Of a DNA stretch of 64,000 nt, positions 11,808-25,104 are shown piece by piece (within the stretch, counting starts at the first letter, position 1; every line of letters starts with the position of its first letter). The notes under the pieces are model-generated. The model saw nothing but the letters and a program-made list of their open reading frames with translations. It had not been told where the DNA came from and did not search any database. The stretch comes from Lingula anatina. Lineage: Eukaryota > Animalia > Brachiopoda. Where the stretch lies: positions 35,346,401 to 35,410,400 of the forward strand of contig CM120641.1 in NCBI GenBank assembly GCA_051362555.1, given 5' to 3'. The position numbers and the translations under genes are program-made.

Positions 11808-13111
11808 TACCTGACGATAACAATGCAATGGAGAAAAAGCTGTATTTGATGACAATATGCCACATACATATCTACATTTGCACCCCCTTCACAACACCTT
11901 GACAAGTCAAACTGGTATTCTGAATCCAATTATTAAAGCAAAGATTACCACCAAATGATAAAATATAGTGAAAATATTGAAAGAATATAATGCTTTAAAA
12001 TATCATTTTTGTCTACTTTTTGTTGAAAACTTGAAAGCGTTTTGTATTTAGAAAAAACAAAAATGTAAGTAATGTTGACTTGATCAGTTCTTTGATTGAA
12101 GTTTTTTTTATCTTAATAGCTTATTTCTTTTCATTCACAAGCGAATAGAATCATTTACAAGTCAAAGTGTGGTGCGGTTAATTTCTAAGTGAAATTCTAT
12201 CCTACAAAGTAACCTTATATTCCATTCTACTTACATTAAGGCTGCGAAGAGAAAGTGATACAATAGATGTCAATAGATGGATTCTGACGCAATTATCTCA
12301 ATGCAGATTTATACCCAACGATCAAGTGATAGATTATTTACCGCATAATCTTATAGTCATCATACGGGCATTAAAAACCTTTGTGAATACATAGCCCCCC
12401 CCCACACACACACACTTATGCTAACAGATAGAAATAATCTCACTCCACCCTTCATTGCAATTACGAAAACAGCACTCCCTAATATAAACTCGTTAAAGTG
12501 GCACATCCTTGGATAAGCCCGAGCTATTCCAAAGCTGGACGAAAAAGCTCTCAAAAGATAGAAGAGCCACTTTACATTCTTAAAAAGAGCTTAAACTGAG
12601 ACGGAGACGAGATGGACAGACGCAGGTCTCCCGCTCAACCACTCTCATGCGTCCATTCCAGTGCAATGCAAGTAGTAACTAAACTCTGTAGGCCAATTTT
12701 GACACCAACTGATCAAAATTGAAATGTTTCTCTTTTATATTTTACCTGACAATACACGAAAGTTACTTCAAGTTTAAGTTTTAGGGAAAGTTACTTCTAG
12801 TTCCCATTTACTGTCTTGAACCAAATTAAAAATTGCTCCCAATAAATTATTCTCAACTTGTACGTTAGTTGTGCCTTAGACAAACTATCGGTGATTTGCT
12901 ATTACTCAATAAAAAGCAAGATGCAAGGAAATTCAAATGAAAAGAATATTTCTGAATTGATTCATTTCATTAACAATCATTTTAAACTACACTTCTCTGA
13001 TTTGTGGATAATGATATGTAACAGAAAGGCGTTCAGTCCACACTCTCCTATTTAGAAACAATTATTATAGAAATATCATAAATAAAGTGTTTTGCAATCA
13101 TAGGCTCCTTT

Positions 13112-13149
<38 letters not shown>

Positions 13150-16100
13150 ATTAGCCAGCCTTGGTGGTTTGTAACTGTGTTGTTTTTGAAACAATTTTAA
13201 AGAAAATGTAGATACTAGAAATTCATGGATATAAAAAACCGGTGCTACATTTGGCTAGGTTTAAAGATTCTCAGGCTAGCACTGAGGAAAAACATACATT
13301 GTAAAAGTAACAACATAGCCTTTGCATAAGTCACGGCAATGGTGGCCTTCTTGTCAATTTATGCAACCGCAAACGGCTCTGTCATGTAATAATCGGGGTT
13401 TTGATCACACAATGTTTCGGCGTTCTCGAGGCACTGTTTTTTTATATCAATAGTTAATGCTTACATAAATGTTGTGACATCTTTTATGCCATTATGTGCA
13501 AAGCGGTCTCAAGGAATCGAAAAACCTGTGCTGGAAACAAGAGCACTGTCATTTTGAAAGAAGACACTTACTTCACCTGAAGAGTAATCAATGTCTTTTT
13601 TATTGATAATCATGCAATATGCACACCCATTTTTTAAAGGTATTGTCTCTGTAAAAATGTAAAATCGACTAAATTGGGAGGATGGAAGAAGGAAGGTTAA
13701 GAAAGGCAGGCGCATTTCTGTCTCCCATTTTGACTCCAAAACATGCAAAGAAAATACGTTAAGGGTCATTCATGGGACTTTCAGGTGATATGATATTACT
13801 GATGAATTTCTTCACCATCGATAATTACCTGATCCTCATCGCCATCTCTCTATCGTGTTCCAAAATGCAAAATCGGTCTATATTCTTTGCAGTTTTCTTT
13901 CACTTTCACACTGAAAACAGGTGTATGCACACCTGCATTCTCTTCCATTTTCACTTCGCTATAAAATAAGTTTGAGCAAAATTAAGATGAACCATTACCT
14001 TGTGCTATTCAAAGGATATGAGTTGAAATAAATAAATATATTATTTTTTTATTTATTATTAGTAAACGGGTATTATGAGAAGAAAATTGGCACCTTTTAA
14101 ACGCAACACAAAATTCACCTTTTTCTCCAATATTTTCTGGATAGATCTAACATAGAATCTATTTCATGAAGACGAGTCAATTAACTTGACAGAACTTTAT
14201 TGTCATTGTCATTTCACTGCCGTTTCGCGTTAAAACTCATTACAATGCATCCACATAATCAAATTATTCTACGCGTGAGTTGAAATAATTGTTATCGATT
14301 TACATGCCACTTTAAGTTGAATCCTTAAAGTTCATTCGCCTGGGTTTAATTTGGTATTAAAAAGTCATTGCCATCTCATGTCGTTGCATGTACGTTGTCG
14401 AGAGATAATTATCTCATTTATTTATTTATTTATTTATTTATTATTGCCGCCTATAAAAAATCAATTCATATTCTTTTTTTAAAATATCAATAAATCACAA
14501 AATGGCTTTATGACACAAATATGCCGATTTTTTTTCTTTGAATTATAGATGAAGATCAAATTTTGCAGATATGTTGTCAAATAAATAAATAAATAAATAA
14601 ATAAATCAAAATTACATTCCGCGTTTCCACCCTCTTCTAGTCCGTCATCAAAATTACGTTCAAAGAACACAGAACTTTTGCATACTGAGCGGATCGGAAT
14701 TTCGTCGTTAAATGGGTTCTTAACATACTCTTGGTCGTGAACGACGGATTTTACCACATCATATGTGAAATATGATTTCTTGCACCAAAGGCCCGAAGCG
14801 ATAAGCCAGGATATATACCAACCAAGTCAGAGGCTTTAAAACCATATAGTAACAACTTAGAAACAGCGAAGAGCACCAGAGAGGGATTTGCCGGCGCCAG
14901 GAATTTAACTTTCGGCGTCACATTCACAGATTATGCCGCTCACTTTTTGTGTCAAATCATTGTCTTTGTACCGAGGCCAGGGTCCGTAGCGATCAGTTTC
15001 AGCCACCGCCTTTGTAACACTATATTATCCCCCAGTCCCGCGAGGATTACCGAATAATGGACAAATACTAGATATACATCCGTCATGCCAATGATATAAG
15101 CCATTATTTGACTTCGATTGCAGGATTTAGAAACGAAATGGAAACAAAATGCGATTAGAAACTTAAATTTTTGCCGGACAATGGTCCGTCTGGCAAATGT
15201 AGGTAATGTAGTATTCGAGATAGGGTCCAAGGAGATGCGAACAACAAACAGGGCCCTGATCCTTGAATAACTCTTTTCTTCACGGAGCTTTGCGTCCGTT
15301 TCACTGGTCAGTCTTACCAACGAAATAAATAAATATTTTAATGCATTAAATTGTCAGGATTTTAGGAGAAGCTAAAGTACAAATACGCATCTTTGAATAG
15401 GCTTACCAAACACAGCGGGTATGCCTACACACCGAGCACCTTGTTGTGGGCGCTGCCTTGGTGCAAATTAAAGCCTCGTCCAGCGGCCCATTGTCTTCGC
15501 TGTTTGTAAGCATTGCATAACGCTAGGGAAGATTTCAGGCAAACAGTAGTATGATTCCTTTTAAATCTTCAGCAAACAAGGAAAGTCGAAGCAAATCCAT
15601 CAATCCATTTGAATGTGATTCAAGCCTCCCTTTATGCCACGCCGTGAAGAATGGGCACTGATTAAACACCAATTAATGCTACAAATAGTTGGGAATAATA
15701 GGGCTATTGGAGAACACTATAGACTCACCGTGAGCCTCACTGGACACTAAAAGCTTCTAAGCCACTCTGACCTGTCAACTTCTGACCCCTTCTGTGTTGA
15801 AGAGAGATCTTAGCAGGCATGAAAACGTGCCGAAGATTTCTATCCTTAGAGTTAAATGAGATCGCACAAACACTTAACGGTTGACACTAGGCAGAGATAG
15901 AGAATACTCTTGACTCCTGTTAAATACCTGGAGCTATCTTGCACTGGGAAATGTAATGTAAGATATCGTAAAATAAGTACCGGAACTATGTTCGGAATTG
16001 CAGTTGTGGTGAATCTTGAATGGCGAAAGGGGGTTTGGAGTTATGTAAAAGACATTTAATAGAGTCTTGAATTGATTGTTCAAGGAATAATATAAGAGCA

Positions 16101-17065
16101 GATACTTAATGTTTGAGTCACAGGGACAGAAATCCCTGCAGGAAGCTTGTAATATTGAGAACAGAGATAGGAAACCGGTGCGATAACACTCTAAACGATC
16201 TCTGATTCACACGTCAATGTAAAATGTCCATAGAGGTTCACTAGTTGCCTCCAAAATTTTAAACACTTAAAATATGACCTAACAAGGTGTGGCTTTGTTG
16301 TAAGACGCTAGTGACAGTAATAAACATTATAAACAATCTTTCAAGGAGGATGGGTGTTATTAAATTTACCTCTATAGTAACGATCAACTTACCGATAATA
16401 CTAAAAGAATATAGCTTTTTTTTCTATTGCTACAAAGCGTACCTTTAATATATTTCTTGAGGAGGAGCTTTTCAATAATCCCAAGAATACAGTGTTTTAC
16501 CAGATCAGTAAAATCTACAATGGGCTTAAAGCCTTAAGAACAAGTGTATGGACAGAAAACTGAATTAACATTCTGTTTTGTGAAACCGACTGGAATATCC
16601 TAGCTGCAGGGGAAGAAAGAATAAAAAGCTAGAACAAAGTTTGGAAAGAATAAAGGTATGACATGGATTAACCTTATTATTAATGCAGTGCGACCCAGAA
16701 TGGCATTTGCTTGTCAAAGCCATTGTAGGTGGTTTCTAAAATGCCCAAGTAACAAATCGTTGTACCCATATTAAACTAATGTCAGATGCTGTATACCCAT
16801 CTGAGGATTATCAGTCAAAAGGAGAGATCATTCAATAAATACACCTGCTTCTGCTTAACCTCCCTGAATTTTTTCATATCCCAAATCAAATTAGCCACAC
16901 TTAGGCTACTGTTCAGATTTCATGGTTATTTTGAAGATTTGCTGCCAGCACGGGTGAATTAACTGCTGGTTATAAAAGCTTGAATTATTGGTTTAATTCT
17001 GGATATGCCTTACCATTTGAAATGGTATATATGAAAGAAGTCTTACGGAAGAACGTACCAATCAT

Positions 17066-17190
17066 GGACGGACAGAGGCCGGTCAAATATTTTCAAGCTA
17101 ATGACAGGCATCTAATTTTTTCTGTCGGAAGACGGTCAAAAATTAAGGACGGATCAACAAAGATATAATTTAGAAGACTGTCAAAAATGC
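17066..17190 (+). repeat. Dispersed repeat fragment shared with about 43810-43945
   Basis: Both copies contain cggtca.at.ttttcaag...tct.attttttctgt.ggaagacggtcaaaa...aaagat.atttg/agaagactgtca. Confidence 0.65.
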
Positions 17191-17383
17191 TAATACACGC
17201 ATAGCAGAATTAAACACCTTTTTTTCTGCTCAGTCTTGGGGAAAGATATCAGCATTGCAACATATGGTTACTTCAGAAGGGGTCCTTCTCAGCCGTCTTT
17301 CACGGTACAAATGCATTGAATGCCTGTTTGCATGTAAACAGAAAATAAAAGCATCAACAATAAGTGTAGTAATAAATGATGTA

Positions 17384-17389
17384 TTTATT
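17384..17389 (-). other. Candidate polyadenylation signal of goosecoid
   Basis: AATAAA on the minus strand about 810 bp after the Gsc stop, at the end of an AU/UGUA-rich tract. Confidence 0.35.
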
Positions 17390-18202
17390 TTTGCTCTGTA
17401 CATATTATACGCATATACAGCAGCAACGAGAAACCAATGTTAATATTTACACAATCTTCAGCTTTTTAAAAATATAACATATCAAAAAATGTAACACAAC
17501 CAACTGCATACAGTACATGAAACTAATATAGTACTTAAGGAATACAGTAGGCCTATATATGTTTAATATAACACACATACAATATACTCAAAGATTATTA
17601 ACATAAAACAAAGAACAGAATGAAATATACATTATACATATCTAATATCACATAAATAGTTATTGGCTTTCTATTTTAGTGTCTTTCTAGAACCCTCGAG
17701 TATTTTGTTATTCCAGGCAGGCCTGGACGTGAAAATATTTTTGTCATATTTTAATTGATTTCGACTAATTATTAGAAGGCCACAACATAGGTTTATCAAT
17801 CACCTAAATTGAGGCATTTTAACAGTAGATCTTAGTCTACTGGTCTTAAAGCGGCACGCTTTTATTCAGCTGTATATTGTAGCAGAGGTCGGGATTTTGA
17901 TTTTCTTTTTAAATAATTTGATTGACCTCATAGAATTGCGGGAAGGCCGTAGCGTCCTTATTCAGACCACTGTCCATTCATCTGAATTCGAACTATTTTG
18001 CCTTAACTAATAAAAGGCTTTCATCTGTGAATCATTTGGCATTACATTGTTAAACAAGCTTTTCTGACCTTGTGGGAAACCCTCGTTCCTAATGCTACCG
18101 GCTATTTTCACAATGCGTCTTCTACGGGTGTTCTATTGAATAGCATACAGTGTGTACTCAGCCGAAGCTCTCACAAAGACGTATTTTCAGTATTTTTCTT
18201 AA

Positions 18203-21200
18203 TTATTCCACACTGCCCCTTTCACGCGACTGACCAACGGATGAACTCGTCACAAAATCAGGGGAATTTTCTGTTTCTCCGTCACTTGTGACGTCAATGT
18301 CTTGCTCCGACAGACAAGGAGAGTCTGGACAAATGTCTAAGTCATTCTTGTTTTCTGTTTTGTTGTTGTCAGACGCAGCTTTATCTGAGACACTAGTATC
18401 CTCTTTCTGGGATCCGCGGTTCTTGTTCGTAGTTTCTGCATTGCGTTTTGCGGCTTCCTGTTCTCTTTTTTGCTTTCGCCATTTCGCCCGTCTGTTCTTA
18501 AACCAAACCTGCAAAGATAATAGTACAGATTTATTGGAAGCATGCTAAATTTAATGTTAGGTTGCTACTTTGCATGTCCTACAACGGCAACCATTTAACT
18601 AAATAATTGTCGAGTACAGTAGTCCATCTTTTCAGAACGCCATGTTTGTTACAAAATCCTTTAAAACTAATAATTGTTTTAACTTATATAAATAATATTA
18701 TGAACTTTTTCAGAATTCTATGAACTTTTTCAGAATTTAATTCACAGTAGTTAGTTTTAATTTCGAGTCGTTGAAATAGGTTGCGATTAGATTTTTTGGC
18801 GAATTTTATATCAATATCAAAAGCTACTCCTTTAAAAATTCGACATTGGTGGTTTGGATGTCCGTAAGAAAGCCGTTGCTGTTGGTGCTATCAAATCTGT
18901 CATTAAAGGCTTATCCCTTTAAAATGGACAATTACTCATCTGATTTAAGTCTTCATTAACACGGCACGGGTTAATCGTTCGTATAAAATGGACAAAAGCC
19001 GCTGAACAACTTGGGGGCAATTGTCAGAATAAAATCCCATAAACTATTAATTAATGGAGAAAGATATCCCTCTATCGTTGCTTTATCCCAGCAGCCTAAC
19101 GAAATTAGGCAGATAAATAGTAATCCCAATTTTCAAGCTCAGTGGTTCTTAACAACCAGGTCTATATTTACCAATAGCCTGGGACTTTAAACCTGGAAAA
19201 GGGCGAACGGCTTAATCTTAAGTGTAAGTAAAACAATGATTTGAACAGAGAGAAACACTTCTAGTTTGTGTATTATTAGACAAAACCTGCCTCGAGGAGA
19301 ATAACGGACCGCACAGATAAGATAAGAAAAAAAAAAAAAAAAAAAAAAAAAAACTAGCAGATTTAAGGAGAAAGAGACAACTTCGTGGCCGCGGCTGTTA
19401 ACAGTGTTATTAATTGGCGCAATAGAGCACGTATCTATTGTTGACGGCATGATTAAAAAATCTGCCGGCGATTGCTTTAGCAGACAGTCGCTAGCATCTC
19501 TTGGATATCCGATTCGTGTTTTATTGGGCTTACTTGGGCGAGCATAAATTGGATGAATATTTTGTAACAAAAGGAAGCTACTCACAAAGAGTGAACATCT
19601 CTTATTTCAACCGTCTGTGATCACAGAGCCTCTTCATCTATAAATTAACTTTTCGAATTTGTTGCGATTTATTTTAGTTTTTATCCCAGTTCTTTTCAGT
19701 CTTATCTCTTCGCTCCAGTACAGAAAGCCCTTTTTATGGCAAAATTAAATATCACAAGCAAATCGGTTGGAATAAAACTCTTGGCTATATTATGTTTCTT
19801 TCCTGTTTAGACGCCAAAAGTCTTAAAAGTTCTGTAAATAATGGGGAAAAATTCGATAATCCTACACGTTGCAAATTTAGGTTTATTATTTAGACGATAA
19901 TAAAAATCAAAATATTTATGCATATTTTTGTTCACCATCCTGTATGTGATTTAACCAAGTTTGTTTATTCAGTCATTACGTGTATTCAGACCGCTCGTTT
20001 CTTCCCTCAGGAGTGGGAATTAATATGCCCAAAGATTAAGTGTGTTTTCTTAGATCCCTTTCGCTAAAAACGACCTATTTTAACTGCTAAAAGCCCTCGC
20101 CATTCTGGATGTAATGAACACCCGCGACACTTTCTTTACATCATCATAACCCGTCAGTAATAATAGCAAACGGCTTTGTCGATTATTGAACTTAATTCCA
20201 TAATATGAACGAATTAGATGTTTATTGCTGCCCGCCTTTGTGATCGAACCTGAACTTCAGCGCGAGAAATTAACACAGTTTTGTGGGGAGGATTCTTTAA
20301 AATTTTACCTCGCTGAAATCAAAATCTTATATCGAGTGCACATTAAAAAATCGGCTTTCTGAGCCTTCATTTGCTTTACTGCTAAAAGCATCAATTTAGC
20401 CCTGTTTTCTTGACACTGTCAACTTTAATTTTTCACCCAGCCGCTGTGTCTATTTCTTTTTGGAATTTTCTACAAAAGAGACCAAATTCGCAAACACATT
20501 TAACAGCACTAGTGAAGAGGTACAAAAAAGGGCACTCGTTTCCTTCTGAAGATCCATTTCCTTTCGCAACTGAATATAATGGGGTGGAAATTCGCAAATA
20601 TTTGACAAAGACAGCAGCTGGAGGAAAATCAAGTGCGATTTAAATGTGGTTGTAACGCGGAGCAGCCGCGACAATGCGGAGAAAATGTTATATACGATTT
20701 AAATCATTCAATGGGCAGCTTAGATAAACGTGGGAATCGGAAGTTGTCGGGAAATTCTAATTTGCCCGCCTGTCCTGAAGGTGCGTAGAGACAGTGTCAA
20801 CACAAGGGATTGTCATTTAACCCGGCCATCCCTACCGGCTCCGACTTTACCGAAAAACCTTTTATACTAATTTTATTATCGCTTAAAAAGACGCTTACAG
20901 CGTCAGCACATTGGGGCTAGTTTATTAAATTTTCTACAATAATAACAAATACGGGGAATCGATATTCTTCAATGGGTGTTATTTATTTACGAAGTATAAT
21001 GTGTGTGTTTAAAGAATGGAAAGCCAAGTTCACTGGTTCCATTGCTTATTGAATTGGGCCTAAGTACTTTGTCCGATTTTGAGAACATTCGAATTAATGA
21101 CAAAGAATGGTGACATCGGATTAATAGCTCAAGTTCTATTAAGTGGTAGGATAATTGCCTGGATCAAAAAATAAATTGGGGTCCTACCATCCGCTTTTCA

Positions 21201-24200
21201 AACACACCAGGTAGGTAGATCTACTGTTGGTATTCAAAAAGCTACCACAGAAAGGTTCATTTTTTTTTCTTCTGTAAGTCTCCCTCTCAAACTTCCCCTT
21301 TTTTTTAATTGAATGAATAGGCAACGCGTTTTTTGGCGAAGAATACTCCGCAAAACACAGATTGTGCTTTGGATACTTTTGGATACTTTTCCAATTAATT
21401 CTCAATGTCCACTTCACCTAGCTTATTCATATATGTAAAACGATTAATCCAATTTCCCCTTTCCAGATCGATTTTTAAATTGATATCAACGATTCCATAC
21501 CATCCCCAGCCGTCACAAACCTCTGTTACAAACTCGAATTTCGATACTTTATTTATGTTTTATCAAGTTAAGATATTGTAATCAAAGAACATTAAAATCA
21601 CACAGAAAAAAAGATACAAAAAAATACAAAAAGACGCTAGTGATTCAAATGCAACATTATTTATAGGAGTCTTCTTTGTTATGCCCCATGCAATATACTA
21701 ACCTCGACTCTCTCTTCTTTTAGATCCACCTTCATTGCCAGCTCCTCGCGTAGTAATACATCAGGGTAATGCGTCTTCTGGAACGTCTTCTCCAACTCTT
21801 CCAATTGTTCTTCGGTGAAAATAGTGCGATGTCGACGTTTTCTCTTTTGTCCAGCTCGTGCCAGATCAGCAGGGAAAAATCCAGGAAAGGTTGAATAACC
21901 TACAAAAAAAAAGTAGAAATACACATCATTTTTGTGAAAATTAGAAAATTTGACTTTAAGGTCAACTACGATGGAAATTTGAATTACCAGTTTGTACTCG
22001 TCTTTCATATTTTTCAGTTTCGCTCCTAGATGTATCAGTCTAAGGGAATATACAATCTATATTTCAGCTACACACATATGTTCATGATACGCAAAAATTG
22101 ACGAAAACATTTAGGGCAAAAGTGAATGTTCTGAGTAGCGTTAGTTTGGTTAAATGCAGACCTTTCTTCAATGTATTTTCCTTTTTGAATTTTAATGATT
22201 ATTATAATAAAATTCCTTCATATATATTACCTCGATTGAATCACCAAACGAACCTTTTAAATATATATTTAGTAAGTTAGTCAAAAGAAAAATGATACAT
22301 TTGGTTAAATGATAAACAAATAGAATCAACCAAGGGATACAATATTCTGAGTCATGCAAAGTACATAAAATTTTGGAATCTTTCTCCTAGTGAATTGTAC
22401 ATATCTTATCATTAAAAAAGGAAAAAAAAAGAAAAAGAAATTTTCATATCAGTCTCGATCAACTTTACTGCTCTTTTTTTACGTTTTCATTCACTTAGTT
22501 GGATCCCTGGCGTCCCGTGCCGCCAATTTTGCTTCTGGTCGGATGAGCCACTTTGAAGGAGCGCGAGTGATATCGCATGATAATATGCGGTAAAGATATT
22601 AACTTTCTTGCCCCAGGGCAACGTTGCCAAAGATTAAAGTATAAACACCCTAAATCTCCCCCGAACAGAGACAGATGTAAAAATCGTTCACTCCCACCGC
22701 ATAATTATCCCATTTGAGATATTTTCACGAAGAAAATCGAAAATTTTGGTAAATTGTTCGAATTCGTGTTTTGCCTGTGCGTATACGCATCTGCAGAGAT
22801 GTAAGACTAGAGGGCGAAGAAAGAGGTGTCTATTTTCTACCGTATCCTGTGATGCATGAGGATAATAGTGTTATCATTGCTTACCTATCATTCTCCCATC
22901 ACTGTGGATTAGAGGCCTAATAAGTAAGCCGCTCACTCAGGACGCTTTCATTTAAGTCCCTACCAAATATTGCAACTTAAGAAGGAATTGTTGCTGAGTT
23001 GAAACGAGGCAGAAAATCAGGGCATATAGAATACGGTCCCTACTCCGACTTCTTAAAGAATTAAGATATTGGTTGGAGTCATTTAATACCAAGCAAGGTT
23101 AAACAGTTTTACGATTCAGAGCATCCAAGTAAATTACAAATTTCAACAAAAATTAACTCGTTTCATTTGGTAAACCGATCCTGGTGATCTTATCGTCAAG
23201 TTGTCTAATGTTCAAAGGCGAGTGCTAGGGAGACGTGTGTATACAAGGAGATTTTCGTTCAGTTTCAAGTGAGCTAATTTAGGGGTCGGGGTAGTTTACA
23301 AGTGCAGCCGTAAAACCGGCAGAAGGTTAGAGGCACACTTAGGCGGAGCTATAAAATTGGTTTAACCTTCTAAAAGATCAAAAGTAACAGAGAAACATCT
23401 CTATTACTTCAAGCAGGAAAACCTAATGTGATCCTGTGATGCCTGGAATTTTTTCCCATTGATTTACTTCACCAAAGTATTTCTAATGAGATCTTTTGTA
23501 AGCTTGCATGATTTTCTTTTAAGATAAAAAGAAATTAAATGCGTATTTTCTTACTTTCAGCTCGAAGGAAAAGTAGCGATCGTTTAATAGGCGATTTGTT
23601 CACGAATAAGTAGTTGTGTGTTGTTAAACAAGTATTAAAACTTAAAATATTTACTTATTTGGTTTTCGTATAGGCAATTTATAGAAGAAAAATAATCTGT
23701 AAACAAACGGCGTTAAAATGAACTTGCAACAATTCTAAAACACGACTTTACTCTAGATGAAAAAGCGACAAATTAGTATTACCAGAAACCTTGACATAGA
23801 GGAGTATTTGTTGTCTACAATTAAGGCACTTTGATACCTTTTGTTTACATTTCTAAATATTCATTTTCTCCTCGACAACCTTCCCTGAAAATATTTTTCC
23901 TAGAAGTGTCAAGTATAAATTTGAAATGTGAAGATAAGTATCAAATCCGGGTTTTTTTCATGTTTAGAAGAAAATAAACGTTTGCATCTAGCCGGCACAA
24001 TAAAGACGCATCCAAGCAAACGTGAAATGTTATTTCAAACAGAATTATAATAAAGCAATTTCAAATAAAACGAATAATACCATATAATACGCCTCTTACC
24101 TTTAGATAACGCGTACACGAGAGACAAAAAAATTCAAATAGACAATTTTAACTACAAATTAACAATACTCCTCTATAACATAAGTGCGCATAGGCATATT

Positions 24201-25104
24201 TCTATAGAAAGTTAAGAAAAGCAACGTTTCCAAATATTAAAAATATAAAGTCCCTTTTACTCTTTTCCTTTTCTTGTTCCACAAATAATACCACCAAGTC
24301 TGCTTTTCAACAGTGTAACAATACGCGCCGTTAGAATAATGGTTTTGTTTCTTTAGTTAGAATCATGCAGCAGATAAAGACGAGTTGTTCAATATCAAGA
24401 AATATAAATCGACACTTACGAAGCTGTAAATTGCAAACAGTAACAGGTGACACGTTGAGATAAGTAAATGAAAATAATCGAAATAACAAAGATAGGAATA
24501 AATACAAACCTAACACCTTTGTAGAAGTATGAAAAGCATGAGCTGATTTATTGAAAATACAGTCTATTAAAACAATATTATGATCGTCACGCTTTCTGGT
24601 GTATGGCTTCATTATATAGAAGTATAGATACATTAAAGCTAATTCACTTAGTGAAATATGATAATCTGTTAAAATATCAACAAAGAGAGAGAGAGAGAGA
24701 GGGAGAATGGAATGCCAAAATATAAGATTTAAACAAAAAAGAGATGTCCATAACGCGTTCTTTCACATTTCAGACAGCACTTCTGTGAAATAAACTGAAT
24801 GGACTTGCAGCGGTGAAAAAAATATGCGCTTGGACGTATGTATTTTTTATGAATATTTTTAAAGAGCATCGTAGATAACTTGTGTCTTACCTAGGAACTC
24901 TGCTGCGGCCGCCTGGTGTGAAGGATGCAGCGCATGGTAGGGGAAATAACCGGGCGGAGGGCGCTGGTGAGCTAGCAGGGGTCGAGGTGCCAGAATACTG
25001 TCGATGGTGAACAGCGACGGACTGTGGACTGAGGACAGCATGCTGGATGACACCGCAGCCTTCAGATGCTCGCTGTAGTAGTAAGGTAACGCGGGGTGGG
25101 CCAT
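18203..25104 (-). CDS. Gsc: Goosecoid homeobox protein, 3 exons: 25104-24891, 21899-21703, 18508-18203 (~238 aa)
   Basis: Exon 1 MAHPALPY...[11 protein letters not shown] contains the eh1 motif and ends CTA G|GTAAGA. Exon 2 (tttgtag|GT) reads GYSTFPG...[48 protein letters not shown]|GTTAGT. Exon 3 (tttgcag|) reads [16 protein letters not shown] (K50). Phases 1 and 0 are consistent. The homeodomain is diagnostic for Gsc. Confidence 0.96.

Noticed and set aside
15330-16900. Possible ancient LINE remnant (also about 7500-8400)
   Set aside because: The composition is suggestive, but I could not recover a recognisable RT or endonuclease motif in any frame.
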